Shown: piece by piece, positions 38,207 to 49,333 of the stretch
How the letters are laid out: every line of letters starts with the position of its first letter
How positions within the stretch are numbered: the stretch's first letter is position 1
NCBI GenBank assembly: GCA_973895155.1
Contig: OZ316893.1
Coordinates: 16,708,645 to 16,772,644, forward strand
DNA: 64,000 nucleotides
Direction of reading: 5' to 3'
Source: Marsupella aquatica
Lineage: Eukaryota; Plantae; Marchantiophyta
Position numbers and translations under genes: made by a program
Notes under the pieces: generated by a model
Told to the model about the DNA's origin: nothing
Database searches by the model: none
The model's input: only the letters and a program-made list of their open reading frames with translations

Positions 38207-41200
38207 TGTGGTGCGTCCCATGGCTCCCCAAACCCAAGAAACCCCCCTGCGCAGGCCGATTCCCGTAGGTTTTGTCCTCGACGAGGCCGTTTCCGCGGCT
38301 TAGCGGCATGGGACGCTGCTAACCTCCTTCTACTACTACTATTAACATTTTACACACATATACTGGACAGATCCTTCATCGGGTCATGAGATATGTAGCC
38401 GGCCTAATCTAGGCCTTCCCTTGTATTCCCCTCCTTTTCTTTAGGTATATTTGGATTCCGCCGCCGGAATGATCCCCAATTGGCTTGGTTAAGCCGCTAA
38501 GACCTCTCTCAGCTCGACACATCCAACTCTCACTCCCTTGCTTACTTCCCTTCATCTATTAGTTGATATATGTGGGCACTCTTCACACAAGTTAATGCGA
38601 CACACAAATAGCAAAATGACTCCTTCTGACTGAGTTATACCATGCACTTGCCATACAAACAGTACATCTCATACACAAGTTCTGCGAACTAAGCCGTGAG
38701 GCCAACTCTATTCAGCTCTTAGGCATGAGGAAACATGAATATACACAAGGATCACTGTATAACTAACCAAGAGCTTCTTTTACTACTTGATCCCAACCCT
38801 GCTGGTGCAACTAAAAACTTGCTAAAGAAGAGGCCCTGGACTCCCCGCTGCCCAGGTACTTATCCTGGTAGTGGATCCGCCAATTCTTAGCAGCGTAAGC
38901 TTAATCTATCCTACCTGTAATCTACCTAAGTACAATCTACCTAGTGTTGCTCCTACCAGTGGATCCGCCATCCCACTAATCTAAGTGTCAGGGCCGTCTC
39001 CTGGTCTTGATCCTAATCCTAAACTTGGAGATCTGAGCCCGCCCTGCCCACTCACGCCTCCTACCTCCATGTCCGCCCTTCCTAAAAGGAACGGCGCCCT
39101 TGCACCGTCACGACACCGGTGGTGGATCCTCAATGGACGCCCCCAATGCTTCCCCCGCAGCCACTGCCGTCGGTCCTTCCTCTGACAGATTACCTGCCCC
39201 GGACCGAGTCAACTCTTCATCGGCCTGATTGGGTCCACCTTCGGCTTCGGCATCAGTATCGGCCACGGCCTCCCCGGCTATGGTTTCCTCGGCTGGCTCT
39301 AGTGGTGGGTTTGCTTCCACGGCTTTATCAATAGTTGTCCCGGCCTCGGCCTTGCCATCCCCACCTTCCTTGACAGGTGGATCCATTGTCGTGACCATGC
39401 CGGAGGTTGGTGTTGGGTTTACCTCCTTGGTCACGACGGCTTGAGGAGCCGTAGTACTCCCTGACCCAAAAGGTTTCTGCTTCTTCTTCTTCTTTGGTTC
39501 GGCAGCTGGCCCCTTCCCCTTGCCACTTACCTCCGGCACCGGTGCGAGTGTCTCGGCTTCTCCTTCGGCCAGTACTACACCAGGTAACTTGGTTGCCCCA
39601 ATTGGAGTTGGTCCTGAGGAAGCCAAGAACTTAAATACTACGGCCTGTTTCTTCAGCCGCTCTGTTTGGTTGTCGGCCCACCGCTGTAAGTTCTCCATCT
39701 TCCGCATGCTTTCCTCCAACTCCTCCTGCAATTCATCCAGGTCCTTCCTTGCCTCCTTCAGCTCCTTTTGGGCTTCCTCCAACTCTTTCTTTAAGGTAGC
39801 CCTCTCCTCCTGGGTTGCTCTCAGCTCCTTGTCGAGCTCCGCCACGACCTCAGACTCCATTTTATTCATCTTGGCATAAGTCTGGTCGAGCTGGTCGTCT
39901 TTCTCGCGGAGGTCGGCCTTGAAGCTGGCCGTCATGGATGCGAGCTCCTGCCGCAACACGATAATCGCCTGATAGGATTTCCCTAACTCGGCCTCCTTCT
40001 GCTCAAGGGCTCCGCGGATATCCTCGAGTTCCCCTTTCAACGCCCTCTCCCTTCTCTGAGTCTCCGCCATGGCCCGGTTGTTGGCTGCTATGTGGGCCTC
40101 CTCTGCGTCTCTCAGCTCTCGCTTCCACTTCTCCCTATCTTTGACCGCCTTGGCCAACTCTCCTTGGCTTTGAGTCAGTTTATCCTTGATAATCTGATTA
40201 TCAGACTGTGCGGTATCCAACTGCCCCTGCATGATGTTTAGCTCATGCCGTTTAATCCATAGCTCATCTTGGGCTTTCTTGGACGCCTTCAGGTCTTTTA
40301 CCTCGGCTTCCCTCTCCCTAAGCCGCCGAATGACCTCGTCCTTCTTGCTTCTCTCCAAAGCCACCGCTTCTTCTAATTGGTGCTTCTCCAATATTTATCT
40401 CCCTCTGGAAAAAGGGTCCCTGCTCCAACTCCTCCCCAAAGATGCTGAGCGCAAGTTCCCCACACATCTCCCCGTACTCCATGGCTCTATCTTTAGCATA
40501 GGTGGAGTAAGAAGAAGTCATCGGCATCAACCACCTCGGCCTCTGTTCCCAAGCCGCCTTGCGGATTTCTTCTATGGTGGCAAGAGGGTTGCTTCTTTTT
40601 TTGGCAAGCTGCCTGATGTCCTCCGGCCAATCTCCTCCTGGTAAATCTTTCTCCCTAGCCAGGGCTGCCTTCTCTTCCTCTCTGAGTCGCTCCTGAAACT
40701 CCTGTGCCGTCTGTCTTATGCCGTCAAAACTCGGGGGAGCGACATCTGGTGGGGGGGACTCGGGGCTGCTCTGTTGGGTGGGGTCCCCTCGAATTACTCT
40801 TGGAAGAGTGGGGATGAACCTGCCATAGGTCCTTATTCCTGGAACATGATGATCCGACCCATAGCCGGAGTTATCATTGCTATAGTCCTCCACCGCCTCC
40901 TCCACTGCTTGGACTCCCGGCTTCCCCCTCTATTCTCCTGGTCCTGCCGTGAACACAACCCCACAGATCATGGGTTCTGGATCCTCCGGCTTCCATGTTG
41001 ATCTCATCTTCTCCCTGTCGTGACCAAGGGCCTCGGGCTGCTTCTCCTCGGCTTCGGGACTTGAAGCTCCTACATACATTCGGACTCCCGGCTCGTGTTC
41101 CGGCCTCCTTCTCTCCTTGGCCCCGGTAAAGGGGTTTTCTCTGGTAAGTTGGCTAAGACCGACTTTGGAAGTAGTATTCTGTGCTGGCCCCGTTGCCGTT

Positions 41201-42921
41201 GCCATTCTTCTTTCCTTCTCCAACAATTTTAGCAGATTCTGCATGCCTGGTTGCTGCATCGGCAAGTCCTCATTCCTCGGCCTAAACACCTGCTCGATTG
41301 TAGGACTGTCGGGCTGGGTCGATTTCTCTGTTGCCGGCCTCGGTTTCGGAAGTTCCTCTGGTGCCCTTGCCTGCAGGGGCAGTACCGGGGAAAATATCTG
41401 GTTTCGGGCATACCGGCACAACAGCGACATGTGATAACCAAGCCGGGACACGCTTCCCATGCCGATCACCAGCTGTTCCTCCTTCAAGATCTTCTTCAGT
41501 TGGTTGAGGAGGTACCCGTTGTAGTCCCGGCTTGGGTCTGGCTCTCTGCCAGGTAGACCTGTGCCTTGCCGATCTCTGCCCTCGGCAGGTTGCAATGCAT
41601 GGTCACCCGCAAGAAATCGATCATCTCTTCGATGTGCGGGTTGGTGCAGGTGTTCCGGAAGAAGCCATTCTTTGTTGATGGCCCTGGAAACGACCGGAAC
41701 TCCTTGTTTGGCAAGGTCTTCCTGGTCTCTACCTTGGTCTTATTGCCCATCGGCAAGCCAAACACTTTGGCAATCACCCGGGGAGTGAGATAGAAATCCT
41801 TCCCATACACCCTTGTGAAATTGGTCTCGGGCTCCCATGATCCCACGAATTTTAATAAGTCTGAATCCGGCACCTCCGGCTTCAGCCATGGTAATTTTAC
41901 GAAGGCTTCCAAGCCGGATCCGGCCATGAAGCCCTGGTACTTCTTGGTCTGCATGGCCGTAAAGCATGCATCCTCCTCCCGTGCAAAATGCAGTTGCACC
42001 TCTTCTGGTAGGGTCGCCGCCCAGCCTTTCCAGGTGTCATCCTTTGTTGGAATGGCATTGATGGGATTGACCTCCTCCTCTTTGGCTTCCGCCTGCCTCC
42101 TGCTTCCCTGCTCTGCTGGCTTCCTTGGTGCCGCTGACCTCGTTCTTTTTGCCGGGGTGGCCTCTTTGTTTTTGTTTCCTTTCCTCTTCATCTCGGCTAC
42201 CGTGGATGTTTCTCCTAGCACGGTTGCCTTTGTCCACCCCTCCGTGCTACCCTTCAACTCCCACTGTATGTTGTTGCAGCGGTTGATGGCTTCCCGAATG
42301 CCGACAATCCTGTTTTCGCAAAACAGAAGGTCGTCAAGCTGATTGGCAGTAGGAGTCCACAAGAACTCGGCCTTGATGAATTCTCCTCCTAAGAAGGCAG
42401 ATTTCTGCAGCTCCCACAGTCGAGCTAGCTCTTGCCATTCTCGAGCTGCTCTCTCCGATTCTTCGTCCTCGTAAGTCCCAATGTACTCAGTTGCCCGTTC
42501 AAACAGGCATCCCCAAAAATGCGCCGCTTGATTGACGTTGCTCATACCCTCCTTGAGTCGTTCGTTGGTATCTGCTCCCGCCCAGAGTGTTTGTCTAAGC
42601 AGTTGACAGTAGTTGGCCTCCCGTAGTTGTCTGCCCAGTTCGTGCTTGCAAATGAGACACCATTCCTCGTGAGCTGTCCTTACCCCTCTCCTCCTCTGGT
42701 CTTTCCTACCGTTGGTTACCCCTAGCCGCTGACACTTAGTGCACCCTAACCCTAATCGTATTCTCTCCCCCGGCGTCCTTACTTCCGGCCTCGGCCCGGG
42801 TTCCATAGTCACCCTTAATTGTTTATATTTTTCTCATTCTTGTAACTATACTAAGGTGTTTCTAGGGTACACTTCTGTTTTCCCACTTAACCGGCCTAGT
42901 GATTCCTGGTTAGGCATCACA
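38207..42921 (-). mobile_element. giant coding solo LTR 'C2' (4715 bp)
   Basis: Inverted termini TGTG(A/G)TGC; TSD ggctg at 38202-38206 and 42922-42926; no gag/pol and no internal direct terminal repeats. Confidence 0.88.
39108..42806 (-). pseudogene. ~1200-aa LTR-encoded protein: Cys/His motif, PMD/Transposase_32-like domain, long coiled coil, low-complexity tail
   Basis: ORFs 41496-42812, 40930-41595, 40318-40905 and 39108-40391 link through two inferred frameshifts and one in-frame TAG; CTKC..HEEWCLIC at the N-terminus; heptad E/K/L-rich region 40390-39650. Confidence 0.8.
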
Positions 42922-45110
42922 GGCTGCCGGGCGGTTTGGGCTTCCTTGCTGTCGGTCTTGGCTCCAACTCCTCCTCTGGTGCCCTTGCTTGTAGTGGGAG
43001 TATTGGTGCAACTGTCTGACTCCGAGCATACTGGCACAACAGCGACATGTGATAACCAAGCCGAGACACGCTCCCCTGGCCTATCACTTGTTGTTCCTCC
43101 TTCAAGATCTTCTTTAGTTGGGTGAGGAGGTACCCGTTGTAGTCTCAGCTTGGGTTTGGCCTCTCTGCCAGGTAAACTTGTGCCTTGCCGATCTCCGGCC
43201 TTGCCAGGTTGCAATGCATTGTCACCGCAAGAAATCAATCATTTCTCCAATGTGCGGGTTGGTGCAGGTGTTTTGAAAGAAACCATTCTTTGTTGATGGC
43301 TAGGGAACGATCTAAACTCCTTGTCCGACAAGTTCTTCTGGGTGTCTACCTTGGTCTTGTTGCCTATCGGCAAGCCAAATACTTTGGCATTCACCTTGGA
43401 AGTGAGATAGAATTCCCTCCTGTAGATCTTGGTTGCATTGGACTTGTGATCCCATGATCTCACAAATTCCAGCAAGTCAAATCCTGGCACCTCCGGCTTC
43501 AGCCATGGTAATCTAACAAAGGCCTCCAAGCCCGATCCGACCATGAAGCCTTGGTATTTTCTGGACTGCATCGCTATAAAACATGCATCCTCCTCTCGTG
43601 CAAAATGTAACTGCACTGCCTGCGGTATGACCATCGCCCAGCCCTTCCATGTATCATCTCTGGTAGGGATGGCATTGATTGGGTCGACCTCTTGTTCCTC
43701 GGCTTCCTCCTGCCTCTATCTCCCTTGCTCGGCCGGCTTTCTAGATGCCCCGACCTTGTTCTCTTGGTTGGGGTGGTTTCTTTGTTGTAGGTCATCTTCC
43801 TCTTCATTTTTGTTGCTCCTAACGACTCCCCCAACACTATTTCTTTTGTCCATGCCTCCGTGCAACCCTTTAGGTCCCAATGTTTGTCGTTGCAGCGGTT
43901 GATGGCCTCATGGATGCCAACAATTCTGTTCTTTTGAAATAGAAGATTGTCAAGTTGATCGATAGTAGGCGTCCACAAGCTTGATGAGCTCTCCTCCTAG
44001 AAAGGCAGACTTCTGCAATTCCCACAGCCAAGCAAGCTCTTGTCATTCTTGGGCTGCTCTCTTTGACTCCTCGTCCTCGTATTTCCCAATGTACTCAGTT
44101 GCCCGTTTGAATAGGCATCCCTAGAAGTGTGCAACTTGATTGACATTGCTCATTCCCACCTTGTGTCAATGCTCGGCAGTTGTTCACCTCACCTTGTTCA
44201 CCTCAGCAGTTGACAGTCGTTGGCTTCTCCTTGCGAGCTGCTCGATCAATGTTTGTGAATGAGCCGTCACCCTTGGTGAACCTCCCTGACCCCCCCCTCT
44301 GGCTTGCCATTGCCTGACTTGGTCGTTGATTACCTGCAGCCACCGGTGCTTAGCTTACCCTAACCCTAATCATGCCCCTTGGTTGCCGTTGCACCTATTA
44401 CTCTCGGCCTCAGCTCGGGTCCATGGATACCCTTAATTGTTTATATATTCTCATTTTTCCTCCTTATACTAATGGTTTTAGTGTATACCACCCAGCTTTA
44501 CTATTTTACAAGGCCTAGTGATTCCTGGCTAGGCATCACAGTTACATGGCGGGGCACCAAGTACCAAGTGTTATTAATATAGGACAAAGTACAACTCAAA
44601 AAGGCTGGTTGGGTTAGCCTCAATGTCATAAACATATTCCTCACTATTAGAATCAGATGATGAATCCAAAGCGGCAATGACTGCATTATTTGTGTCTAAC
44701 TCTGATTGCCCAAGAATAACACACTGAAACTCTCCAAGGGTCCCCTCAATGGAGTCCACATCAGATTCAGACAAGGAGCTCTCAAGGGCTATGGTGAGTT
44801 CAAGCTTCTGCTTGATCATTCTTAACTAAAATTGGCGCTCAGATATTCTAGGCATGTTGCACCTGGATGATTACAATTTCACCCAATTCAAGGTTGCAAA
44901 ATACAACTCATTACCATGAGAATAGAATGACATGGAATCGAGTATAAAGAAGCACCAAGTGAAAGGGAGGATTATATTTTTAATGAAAACAATGTACCAT
45001 AATAATACATATAGAGTGAGTCAGCAAAAAAATGAGGGTGCAGCTGGTCTCCAAGTACAACTCATTTACCCTGAAGCCACTACTCATGCACACTAGAAGA
45101 ATGAAAAATA

Positions 45111-45747
45111 TCAATCATCTAAATCAGCATCCTTCAACTGCTCAATCAGGTCTGCAAGGATTTTCTTGGCACTGTTTCGCTTGACAGGAGTGGTAGGGGT
45201 CTGCCTTTCTCTCTCTTTAGTGGGTGTCTTGAAGGAAGGACTCCTGGCACTTGGAGACCCTACATAGAGGGGAGCAGACATGGTCATCTGGTCATCTGCG
45301 CTGGACATGCAATTCAAGGTCCGTCACAGTAAGGGACACTTGAAGCTTGGGACACTTCTGTAGAATTGACTGTACACTTGAGATTTGGTCGTTTTCAGAA
45401 AGCACACTAAAATCCTATGTTGTGCAATTCAATAAAATGCAGGCAGAGTCCCATATAGCGGCCTTCACTGGTTTCAATGGTGGATGTGCTGCATCAGTTA
45501 ACATCAGCTGGAACCTAAACTTTGGCTTTCCTGGTACTGTATGACCACAATGATGTCCAAACTCAAGTGACTTCCCACATGGCCCTCTATGGTCAACGGT
45601 ATAAGGGCAGGCAGAGTAGACAAATTTCTGTGGGTATGGATTTCGAGCTGTGTAATTGGCTGCCCAGACCAAGGAGGGTTTGTATTTTTTGATTCTCCCA
45701 GCAAGCCTGCCCTCCTCAGCATTGGAAAGGGGGGTCCATTGAGCCAT
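45111..45747 (-). pseudogene. RPA70 DBD-C-like OB-fold fragment (probably Helitron cargo)
   Basis: KFVYSACP...PCGKSL...HCGH...KFRFQLMLTD...AAIWDSACILLN; in-frame TAG at 45415. Confidence 0.75.
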
Positions 45748-48700
45748 GGCCTGAAGAATGCATTTAAAACAATTTATAATGTGCAACCAACAGAGGTGAC
45801 TAAACCACAATCGAAGAAAGAAAGCAACGTCGAAGTGAAGGTGTGGTGCTGAGAAATTGCCTGTAACTCACCGTAAGAAGTGGTGAAAATGACCTCGCAC
45901 AAATGTGACCGGTGCTGCACCTACTTGCTGCCGATCTTCTGTGGCAGGCAATGTACAAGGCCTCTACCTCGTTCCCCTCATCCCAGGTGATGGAAAATCC
46001 TTTGTCCTCCGCATTATGTCAACAGCAGTCTTGCGCAAACTGTCATGAGCATGCACGGGAGTGCACCGACTGCCCCACGAGAGTAGATGACACTAGACGG
46101 GAGTGCTCATGAGGTTGTTCGGGACATGGCTTCGCTGCTTCAGACGATCACGGGACATGCAAGTTTCAATATCGGCTATCATCGACATTGCTAGTCGTTC
46201 CCCCCTAACGTTTGACTGCCGTGCTGGATCCTGTGGAGCTGGAAGAAGCCTCGACACCTGTCGACTCCCCTAAACCCTGGTAAGTGCGGGGCCCAATATT
46301 CTGACCTGTGTCCACGGCCTGCTGTTAGTGAAAAAGCTCGGGCGAGAATGTGCGGACACCAACTCGGTCAACCGCACATTCATGGTCCACGTCCCGGCCC
46401 GCAAACTCTCGGACACACGTTCTGCCCACGTTTTGCTAACTTTGAGACGCCCTAATGACCCACCTTGCACCGTCTCTCCTTTTTGCCCTGGCTCCCTTGA
46501 CCGAATGTGTTCGACCGTCGGATTGGTGTTGTGGCCCTTGACCTGGTTTGTTGGTCTGGCCGGTTATTCCTTGTTGGCTGAACTTTAGTTCAGTAGATGT
46601 GATGGGGGCCCAAAAATGGCCCCAAAATACTTTGGTTTGGTTCCAATACTTTGTTCCCAATATTTTCTTTCCAATACATTGGTCTACTATACTTTGTCTT
46701 TTGTAACTAGGCCTCATTTCTTGGCATGATGACTTTATCATTGAGCAGAATAAAGTATTTTCCCCATAGTATTGTACATGTGTACATATACTACAACATG
46801 AGACAAAAGGAGATGAGAGAGAGCATTTAATGTTTTGTTTCTTTCTAGAGAATGTTTATTGCTATTGAATCCTTTTTGTTTCTTCATTGGGAAAAGGGTT
46901 ACCTAGTTATGTACAGCATCTTTGAACAAGGGTGAGTTTTTCTTTCGAAAGAATCATACTGAGAATTTATATTTTCTTTTAATCTTTGGAAACACTTAAG
47001 GTAAATGAAAGGGATGGATATAAAAGGGAAGTGGATAATTTACTTTATTCTCTGTAATTTTTAATGTGTTTGTTTTTTCTTTTTTAATTTCTTTTTCCTT
47101 TAAATGAAATGGGTGACCTGGGACACTCTTTCCAAGGGGCTCAATAAGAGGGGCGACTCTTTGGGCTAATAAGAGAGGAGGGATCAGAAAAAGGAGTGGA
47201 GGAATAATTGTTAACAAATAAAAAAAATGTATTCTTCACCTGAAGAGTACCTGCTGGTTCCAAGGGGCTAAGTAAGAGGGGAGGAAGAAAAAGGAGGGGA
47301 CTTTTTGTGTTTCTATTTCTTCTTCATCTGGCTGTTTAGGACAAAGGATGGACATGGAACACATGGATGGTCTTTTTTAAGAGAAATGATGGACATGGAA
47401 CTCATAAATGATTGCTTTTAGATTATTTTCTTTGTTTGAGGGTGGACTATAGAGGATTAAGGGTATATATCTTAAAGGAGGGGAGGAATAAAAAGACAAA
47501 AAAGAGACATTTTTATTCTTTGGTGGGGATGGAGAAGGTTACCTTAAGGGGAGGGATAAAAAAAGGGTAAAGGAAATGTTTTTTTAATTGTTGAGATATT
47601 ATATTCTTTGAATCAGTTATTTTCAATCTTTTAGGGTGGGTGGGATGGAGGTTTAAGTGTATTTTAAGGGGAGGAATATAAAAGTTAGACAAAAAGGGAG
47701 AGTTTTTATTTTTATTAATCTTTGTTCAAAATTGTCTTTGCTTTTATCCTTTTTCTTGCAAGAGGGGCTTAACACTATTTGAGGGAGTTCTTAATAAAGT
47801 AACAAATATGAAATGAAAATCAAAACAGAAAAATATATTCTTATTTTCTTTGTCTAAACTTCTCATGCATTTATAAGCACAAATCTAGATTTTTGTTTGA
47901 GTTATTATAGGAGAATGGGTTGGGTGTACTTTTACTTAGGTTAGGTGTGATATTAATCAGGACTTAATTAGGTAATTGGGCTGAACTATGTTCAGTTTTT
48001 GTGATGGGCGCCTAAAAATGTCTTCAAAAGTTTTTCTCCGCAAGTTATTGTCTCCGCAAAGTACTTTGTATTGTTTTTCTTGGCAAGACTCATCCACAGC
48101 AAATTCCACTTCTTTTGACGTTTATCTGTTTTTGCACAAATGAACTCAACAATGGGATGCAAAGCCATCCAAAAAGTTCATGAGAGAAGACCCAAAAGTC
48201 CATGTCTACATCATTTGATTCGTGCCCAGAGTTATATTATGCTGGTCAAAATTACCAAGTGGGACCTGATAGGGCTGTCGCTCAAAATGGAGCTTCTAAC
48301 TTCCGGATATTAATTGTACAATAAAATAAAATAATATTAATAACCTATTTGGGGCATTAATTGTGTTCATCTTCATTCTCTTATAGTAGAGTTGCCAAAA
48401 TCTTATGACTTTTAAGACCATATATTTTTGCATAGACAAGCTACAGCAGTTTGGGTACATAGTACCTTCAAGAATGTAATCCATGCATACATCCTTATCT
48501 GCTAATTGTTTGCATGGTTGTGAAACAAATATTAAGGTCACAAAATACAATAAAGTGGGGTGAAAGCTTCAAGTTTGATCAGATGTGAGTTCACTCGGCG
48601 TCACTCCCTAATCAATCAATTTGGCCCCAGAGTCAAGTGAACCGCAAACAAGTTGTTGAAGACAAAGGGATTCTTTTCCATGATGTAACACTCTCTTGAA

Positions 48701-49004
48701 CTCAATCAATTCTAGATAACTCTTGGTTTTTCAAGAATAATTGGAATATGTAGTCAATCATGTTTGAAACATGGTTTTCATCCGCAAAATAACACAACCA
48801 CCAAGAGATACCCACAAGGTTTGAGGAGGCGAGCAGCAACTGCCAAGCTACTTTGATTGGGAGGGAGGGTGTGGGAATTGAGGGAGGCCAGGAAAATTAG
48901 TCTAGCAAGGGCAGGGTGATTATGGCTTGGGCAGGGTTGGTGGCCATCTTACACCCTGAGTTGTGGTTTAACACACCTAGTAGCCGTGTAATAGTTCAGC
49001 CTTT

Positions 49005-49033
49005 GTGACCGACCCCTTCGGTCACGGGCCCAG
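49005..49033 (+). mobile_element. probable Helitron 3' terminus
   Basis: Hairpin gtgaccga-cccct-tcggtcac then gggcCCAG|T (CTRR variant); RPA fragment and AT-rich DNA lie upstream. 5' end not located. Confidence 0.5.
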
Positions 49034-49333
49034 TTTTAATGGGTTTTACTTTCATTCAAGTAAAATACTCCTTGAGATGATGTGGAAAGTTTCCGTAGAG
49101 GCGATCCTACACCTCAAAGATCACGTGGGCTCTTGGTAGCCGCCTCCTGGCTAGACACGATGGTGATAATGAGTGCCTGAGTGTCTACAGTAGAATGGGG
49201 CTAGGCACGCTATTGATAATGCGCAGCGGAGGAAGCTGAGGATTTGGGACCCTTCTCTATTCAGTTTAAGCACCCGGACTTTTGTAAACTGTGGAGAGAA
49301 GAGAACGGCTGTGAGCAGCGAAGAATAGGCATC

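Larger units (their letters stand above)
37890..44540 (-). mobile_element. older, truncated coding LTR 'C1' (44540-42922 plus 38206 to ~37890), same family as C2
   Basis: Starts TGTGATGCCTAGCCAGGAATCACTAGGCC like C2; degenerate copy of the same ORF; frame PKPPGS|PMIVQIFRR resumes after removing C2. Confidence 0.85.

Noticed and set aside
42922-44540. Tandem duplication of 41350-42921
   Set aside because: TSD ggctg and resumption of the frame at 38206 show nested insertion instead.
45091-45105. CACTAGAAGAA as a CACTA terminus
   Set aside because: No partner TIR, 3-bp TSD or subterminal repeats found.
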